A stretch of DNA of 49,471 bases, filler included, from Basidiobolus ranarum (Eukaryota), in the NCBI GenBank assembly GCA_040143965.1. It is 2 parts of 2 records of this genome, joined end to end, with 100 filler letters (N's around TTAATTAATTAA, not from the genome) between each part and the next. Parts side by side here need not be neighbours in the genome. Positions count along the whole stretch, not along the records: positions 24,854 to 49,471 come from JASJQH010007024.1; 1 more part is not named here. One strand, given 5' to 3'. A program made the translations under genes and the position numbers. The notes beneath the pieces were generated by a model, which made no database searches, was not told the origin of the DNA, and worked only from the letters and a program-made list of their open reading frames with translations. This document shows positions 43,004 through 49,471 of this stretch, in pieces; positions within the stretch are counted from its first letter, which is position 1; the number at the start of each line of letters is the position of its first letter.

Positions 43004-43626
43004 TTAATTCTTCTTGAGGACAGCAATTTGCTTACCGACGATGTTACGACGTTGCTTTCTCAACTTCATAAGCTTGAAGCGGTCGAAATCGGTCAAAGCA
43101 GCACGCTTTTCACGAGCAGCAAGTTTTTGAGCCCATGTGCTCTTTTCCCAGAGAGCAATGATTTCTTGTTTCTCAAGAGCCTTTTGAACAGCGCCTGAAC
43201 CGGCACTACGGGGAAGAGTCTTGACAACCAAAGGAGTCAAAGTAAGGCGACGGAAGGCGTGAGCGTGACGAGCAACGCCAGTGGTAGGACCGTCAACAAT
43301 GGCCTGTAGTTGAATGGGTTAATATGTTGGTTTTACTAAACTTTTATCTTTACAGGACGTACTCTGTTGTGATCCAAAATTTCGACAATAACAGCAAGTT
43401 TGCCAGCATCAACACCACTGTTGAGCAACACAACTCTGCCAACTTCGACAATACGCTTGAAAGAATCTTGCTGCGAAAAATTGAACAAAGAGTTCAGGAA
43501 AATAAAAAGATGGTTAGTATCTTATCAAGTCTGCTGTTGGACACTTCTATCTGGATATTTCACAGACATCAGGTCGAGATATAAACTAATTTCCGCAAGC
43601 TATTATAAATTAACACATACAGTCAT
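43004..43626 (-). CDS. RPL14: 60S ribosomal protein L14 (eL14), 3 exons
   Basis: [17 protein letters not shown]...[20 protein letters not shown]...LTDFDRFK. First intron 43471-43620. Confidence 0.96.
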
Positions 43627-44447
43627 CTGTAGGGTTTTCGCAATCGACTAATTATTATGTCGAGTTGGATGGATGCAAAGAAAATTCGGATTTCTTAAAA
43701 AAGATTCCAAAAGTGAAAGAGGAAGCTACAACTCCCATGAATTACTCTATTTTTGTTCAGCTCCATCCATGAACCACTGTAGATGATCTCCACCCCTTTT
43801 CTTCCATATATCATTACCCCATTTTTCTACATTCAAAATTGGTCGAAAGCTTGATCCACTGGATATTAATTGGTTGGAAATTAATGATGTTGTACCTTTT
43901 GTGCTGAGGCTTGGTTTATATCAAGCACTCAAGCTATTCATATCAATACCAAGGCTACACTGAATAAACGAATTTCAGTTGACAGAGTTTATTACTGAGA
44001 ATCGTCCAACAACCAATTTGATGGAGACAAACGCTATCTAGTGCTGCAAGCCATCAACAAAGCGTCTTGCTTAAGGTTAGGGTGATTGCTGCAAATTCAT
44101 GTTACATTGGTGTGTGGGATCAATTCAATATGAATCAAATAATTAAGGTTAGATCAATAGATTTGACTGATCTAGTTATGCTCACTATCACAACATAGTT
44201 ACTCGTGGTAAACAAAACCAAGATTTATTATATGAACTTGTGTTAGGTATTCCTTATAAACTTATTTGGATCTTGGCCATGTACTACCTGGATGCTTACT
44301 GCCTGAAGTGAAAGTATGGACTTGTTGAGAAGTCCGCGTGTTGTGTGCAGATATAGAGCTGATAGCTCATTCTTTCTTGCAAACCATATATCTTTCTTTG
44401 TTCGTTCCTTTCAAAACTCCCTTTTTTTGACATAACGAAACAGACAA

Positions 44448-47235
44448 ATGTCACTAAATGAACCAAATATCCAGAGTGAATGTCAAAACGAGTCAGAATA
44501 TGACTTGTATACGAGTATGTATTTAACGGACCATATGGATCTTATCTCTGGGATGAATATGCTATCCGATCGATTCTATTCCAAACAAGCAAGTGTGCAA
44601 GACTCTCCTACCAAACCTTGTTCATGGAGAAAAACACACAATGACAATGGTGAAATCGAGTTCAATTACTTACTTGAATCCAATCTACCTTCCAGTGGCC
44701 TCGTTAAGAGCGAGGTTTTAAGTTTGGAAGAGCAGCAAGAAGTATCAAATATCACTTCCTCGAGTCTCAAAGAAACTCAACCTCATTGTACGACACCCAT
44801 AAACCGTACTTTTCGAAAAATGGATCAAAACTGGCGTAGGCGTCCCTCACCTAAATATGTACCTAATTCACCAGAACTGAACTCAGAGCTAACGACAAAC
44901 CACGGGTTACGAGGTACAGATATACATCATTCTGAGATTGATATTACCGAGCTCCTAATTCCCCGATATGATAAGCTTAACGATCAGTTTGACAACGAAC
45001 CAAAGCCCGTGTGTATATACAAAAGCAGCGTTGAAACTGCGCTAACCGATTCAGAATCGCTGGATGTTCCTATAACCATTGTAACATCTGACGATGTATT
45101 GGACCTAGGAGAAGACTCCTGCAGTACTGATACTGAGTCATCAGAGAGCGAAGAGGTTCCAATTACACCTTTGATATTAAATGATGTAGATCCTATTAAC
45201 CTCGATGGAAGCTCTTATGATGAAAGTGACCCATTTGCAAGTGAGCAATCCAAAACAATAGTTGACTGGGAATTCTGGACATCTTTACTAGAAAATTATT
45301 CTCTCAACGCATCGAAAGCACCATATCTCTTTACCACTAGAATTAGAGCTGGGATTCCTAAGAAACTTCGCGGTATCTTGTGGCAGACAATGTGTCAAGG
45401 ACGCTCTACGTATCTTGAAACCATGTATAACCAATTATTGCTAGAATCTAGTCCCTATGAAAGAATCATAATGAGGGATCTGCCAAGAACTTTTCCCAAG
45501 TTGGAGATGTTTAAAGACCAAAATGGAGTAGGTCAGACTAGACTGTTCAATATTATGAGAGCATACTCAATATATGATGATGGTGTCGGATACTGCCAAG
45601 GACTAGGATTTCTGGTGGGGCCTTTGATCATGAACATGCCGGAACGTGAGGCATTCTGTGTGTTTGTTAGGTATGGAAAATGCTATTGATTTCGTAAGTT
45701 AATGTGCTAAAACTCCTTTGTCACAAAGACTGATGGAGGATTACGACATGCGATCTATGTTCACCGAAAAGATGGAAGGTTTGGAGCTACGACTTTACCA
45801 ACTCAATGCTCTTCTGTCGCAGATCTTACCCGACCTCGTTCGCCATTTCCAAGAACATGGGGTTAATACAGGAATGTTTGCCTCACAATGGTTTTTAACC
45901 TTATTTGCCTATAGCTTTCCACTACCATTGGTATTGCGTATATTCGATATAGTGTTTTCCGAAGGGGCCCCCGAAACGATAATGCGTATCTCTTTGGCTT
46001 TGTTAAAACGCAATCAGGAACAGTTGTTGAGCATGAAGGAATTCGAAGAGATCATTGCATTCTTGAGTTTGAATTTATTTGATATCTTCGTCGGTCCTAC
46101 TGAACTGATCCAAGAAGCAATGTCTTTAAGTCAAACGATTACGAAAGAAAAGATAGACGCGCTAGCACAGAAATACACTTCCGAGAATGGTTCCGATTGC
46201 AAGACTGCAAAGAAAGAAAAGAAAAGAGGCTGGGGATGGATGAAAGGGCTCAGTGTGAATTTGCAATCTTCTGCGCCACAAAGCCCCGTCGGTAGCTTTG
46301 GAAGTCCAACCACCCCATCATCTCCTGTGGCTATTGATCCTACTTCAGAGACTGAGAGTATGAGATTGGAGTTGCATAACTTGAAGGTAACCACTGAGAC
46401 GTACATTACAACTTTAGGTCAACTACGCGAGGATAATACACATCTTACTTCAGAATTGCTCTCGATTAAAGCATCGAAATTTTCCATCGAAGAGGAGAAT
46501 GAGGAATTACGTGGACACCTTCGTGATAAAAAATCTCTCGAAGATAAATTCCGCGAAGAAACCAGGCAAAAAGATGAGTCGGTTGCCCGTTTAGAGCAAG
46601 AACTTGTAGCAACTAAGCTTGCGCTTGCTGAAGCTGAGTCGGAAAAAGAAAAGTTGAGCAAGCAAGTAGGAGGATTAAGAAGATTAGTGCTAGGATCTAA
46701 TGTTCAAGCACTTGACAAGTCTCCTGAAAATCCTAGTGAAATTGCTACCCCACAGCAAACTATATCGAAAGAGCAATTCTTTTCTAGAGTGACGAAAAAT
46801 TTGGAGCGCCAATCTTCTACTCAGAGGAGTGGAGATGGCTGGAGTTGGAGACTACCCGGTTCTACCAACTCTTCACCTACTACACCAACTTCTGCACAAT
46901 TTCTCGTACGGTCGTCATCTATCCCGAAAGGTGCGAAAGAAGCTATATCCCCAGACCAAAATTCTTTTGCTTCAAAGCTAACAGGGTATTTACCAAATGT
47001 CAGAAAGGCAAACAGAAACTCCATGATAGGCAGATTGACCTCTTCACCGATATTTGAAGAGCCTTTATCCACGGCACATACACCGACTTTAGAACCACCA
47101 CCACATCTACGTAAGGAGAATAATATCACTGATATAGAGAGGGCAAGATCTTTACGTAGAAGAGGAAAGTGTGCTAGTGCCATTGTGGTAATGAACAAAG
47201 ATACTGGGGAATTGGAACCTTGGGAGTTTCGGTAA
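44448..47235 (+). CDS. Rab-GAP TBC domain protein (Gyp5/EVI5-like) with coiled coil, intron 45671-45728
   Basis: GIPKKLRGILWQ, IMRDLPRTFP (Arg finger), GYCQGLGF (Gln finger), FASQWFLTLF. C-terminal coiled coil and S/P-rich tail. Confidence 0.9.
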
Positions 47236-47702
47236 AAGATGCATATAGCACCAGGCTATACTATACTCAGCTCGAATTACTCCGATTCTTTTTCTACTCT
47301 ATTGCCTCTTCACTTGCCCAAAATAATTAGTAACTATTGTTAATCTCATCTCAGCTCATCCTTACTATTTGTTTTTGTCATCATTTCAACAGAATATAAT
47401 TCGAACTAAAATAGTGAGACTAGATTGGATCGAATTTATATAGACACTCTTTGTATACTTCATAAATCCAGAATGACTTTGGAATAAACGAATTTCTAGA
47501 GTTTTAGTTTACTTTATATGCAGCTGCTAATCATTTTGTTTCACCAAATGATGCGTCAGTGATTTTTCTGATTAAATTACATATATATCTATATATGCAT
47601 ACATTAAGATGTGATGTTCAATAACCCATTAAAAGCTTCATTATCATCTTTACTTCCCAGGTGAACCAACAGAGAAAAAGCCAGTAACAGCAACGTATAA
47701 AT

Positions 47703-48417
47703 ATGCCTAGTGATAGTCAATCAGAGGAAATAACCAAGTCGGAAAAACTTGGAAAAGAACTTGAAAAAGGAATTCCTTTACTCACCGAGGGTTTCTTATA
47801 TCACTTTGCTTCCTTGTTTGAGGAAATAGAGAAGGAGTTAAGAGAGATAGAGTAAATATTTTAGTTTATATTTTTATAAGTCAAAATATGTGAAAACGAT
47901 GACTTTTATCTACCGCTTCCCACATTGTTACTGAATCCTCTTTCTATCTTTCCAGAGAATCTCAAGCCTTAACTGCAGCTGAGTTTCAGCGAGCCCAAGA
48001 TTCTCTACCAGCTCAAGAGGATCTGGATAAATATGCAGCTACGGTAATCTTTATTAAGTGAAAGTGAACTTATTGTATGTGTCACACACTAAATCTTCAA
48101 TTCAGTTTAAAAAACTCCCTTTATATCAAGCAAAATTAGCCAACATACGAACTACCATGCTAACCCTATTACCTCGCTCGCGTCAATTAAAACAAAGAGC
48201 TTCCACGCTACTTGACGCAAAATCAGTCTACGAAGAAAATATGGCGGAGACACTCAAAAAAGAAAAGGAATTGGATAAATCGATAGCAGCTAAAGCCACT
48301 ACCACAGAAGTGAAAGTTTTGTCAAAAGCTAAAAAATCTCGCACTAAAATTAAATCCGGTAGAAAGAGGGACAGTGACAAAAATAGTTCTCTTTCTAAGA
48401 ACTCGGGTGATAGTTAA
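47703..48417 (+). CDS. BLOC1S6: BLOC-1 subunit pallidin (Snapin/Pallidin family), 3 exons
   Basis: LTEGFLYHF...YQAKLANIRTTMLTL...RQLKQRA resembles recalled pallidin LAEGLLSHY...YHAKLVNIRKEMLML...KLKKRA. Confidence 0.72.
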
Positions 48418-49153
48418 CTGTTGATATACGTATATTTAGTCTCTATATTTCGATCTACTATTTTGTCTGTACGTACAATATCTAGAAAGGTCAGCATGAT
48501 ATTCAAAGCCACCTTTATCCTCTCGAACCAACATATTCACTCTCGTAAAACCGAGCTGCTTGTTGAGTGTAGATTAATCAGTAAAACACGAGTAAATGTT
48601 GTAAGATACCTCGACATTTTGCAACAGATTTAATGGAACAATTAATAAACAAGCCCTACAGATGAGCAAGGAGTAGATACTTCATTTATGTTCCACTAGC
48701 ATATACCAAGTACATTATAAAAGGCGTCCTGTCAGATCTACATGCAAGTATGGTCGGTTTCCAAACCACTTTTGATAGGCATATGGGCGATATTTACCAA
48801 TGAGGATTGATACCTTTGTTACAAGGCAGCGTTACGAATCGAAATTTTAATTTACACATTAAAAAGATCTGTAAAAGTTGAGGGTACACAGCTGACCAAA
48901 TCAAGCAATTATACATAAGCCATGACCACTCGCATAGCCTCGGAGAATGTTCAGTATAATAATGGCATTTACCTGATTGGAGATAACTGATTATGATAAT
49001 ATTACTATATATTTTGTATTTCTAAGTTAGTTTCATTAATCGGCGTATAATAACTGTTTGTTAAAGGGGCTTAGAGCAGGGGAGCATAGCCAGTAAAATA
49101 CAAAGAGACCGATCAAGGTTGGAATTGAGGATTCATTTCTTTTTCTCTTTAAC

Positions 49154-49471
49154 ATGTTCGGCAAATTCAGTTCAGTATTGGAAGGCAAGATCAAGGAGAA
49201 GGCCACTCAGTTTGTTCAAGAACAAAGTCAGCAATACTTTGGAGGTAACAAGCAAGAAGCTCAGCAGCAACCTCAACAGGGGCAATCTCAGAATAGTTAT
49301 CAAAATAATAACAATCAGCAACCGCAACAACAGCAACAATATAACCAAGGCCAACAACAACAGTATAACCAAGGTCAACAACAGCAGTATAACCAAGGTC
49401 AACAACAGCAGTATAACCAAGGTCAACAACAGCAGTATAACCAAGGTCAACAACAGCAGTATAACCAAGGT
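49154..49471 (+). CDS. Partial protein with Q/N/Y/G-rich prion-like N-terminal region, runs off window
   Basis: ATG at 49154: MFGKFSSVLEGKIKEKATQFVQEQSQQYFGG...(QQQQYNQG)x6, open to the window end. Confidence 0.7.
   Translation, partial: MFGKFSSVLEGKIKEKATQFVQEQSQQYFGGNKQEAQQQPQQGQSQNSYQNNNNQQPQQQQQYNQGQQQQYNQGQQQQYNQGQQQQYNQGQQQQYNQGQQQQYNQG
49328..49471 (+). repeat. Coding 24-bp tandem repeat, at least 6 copies (QQQQYNQG)
   Basis: Units start at 49328, 49352, 49376, 49400, 49424 and 49448. The last four are identical. Confidence 0.95.

Noticed and set aside
43471-43620. snoRNA in the longer first intron of RPL14
   Set aside because: Only an imperfect C box (TGATGT) and a CTGA close to the 3' splice site, with no terminal stem or identifiable rRNA guide.
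49172-49468. Hydrophobic LVILLLLT-repeat ORF on the minus strand
   Set aside because: It is the antisense shadow of the Q-rich repeat on the + strand.

Overview
Eukaryotic, AT-rich, intron-dense fungal DNA with typical introns of 50-90 nt. The gene set and splicing signals point to an early-diverging (non-Dikarya) fungus; Basidiobolus/Zoopagomycota or Mucoromycota is a guess. The window holds about 16 protein-coding genes: VPS27 (partial), OMA1, MED23, two C2H2 transcription factors, INO80B/IES2, a Pcl-type cyclin, an SLC25 carrier, MCM9, UTP12/DIP2, HRT3/FBXO9, a DSF2/Nif1-like SEL1 protein, RAD17, RPL14, a TBC Rab-GAP, BLOC1S6/pallidin, and a partial Q/N-repeat protein. It also holds two decayed Ty1/Copia copies with LTRs in an almost CpG-free island, three minisatellites, and an artificial 100-bp join (44N-TTAATTAATTAA-44N). 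The strongest signal is three U12-type (minor spliceosome) introns read directly from the sequence: one AT-AC in MCM9 and two GT-AG in MED23. Other splicing features are two GC-AG introns and 5-, 6- and 12-nt microexons. Several genes are animal/plant-like and absent or reduced in model yeasts. All gene models were spliced by eye, so internal exon boundaries are partly provisional, and no database searches were run.
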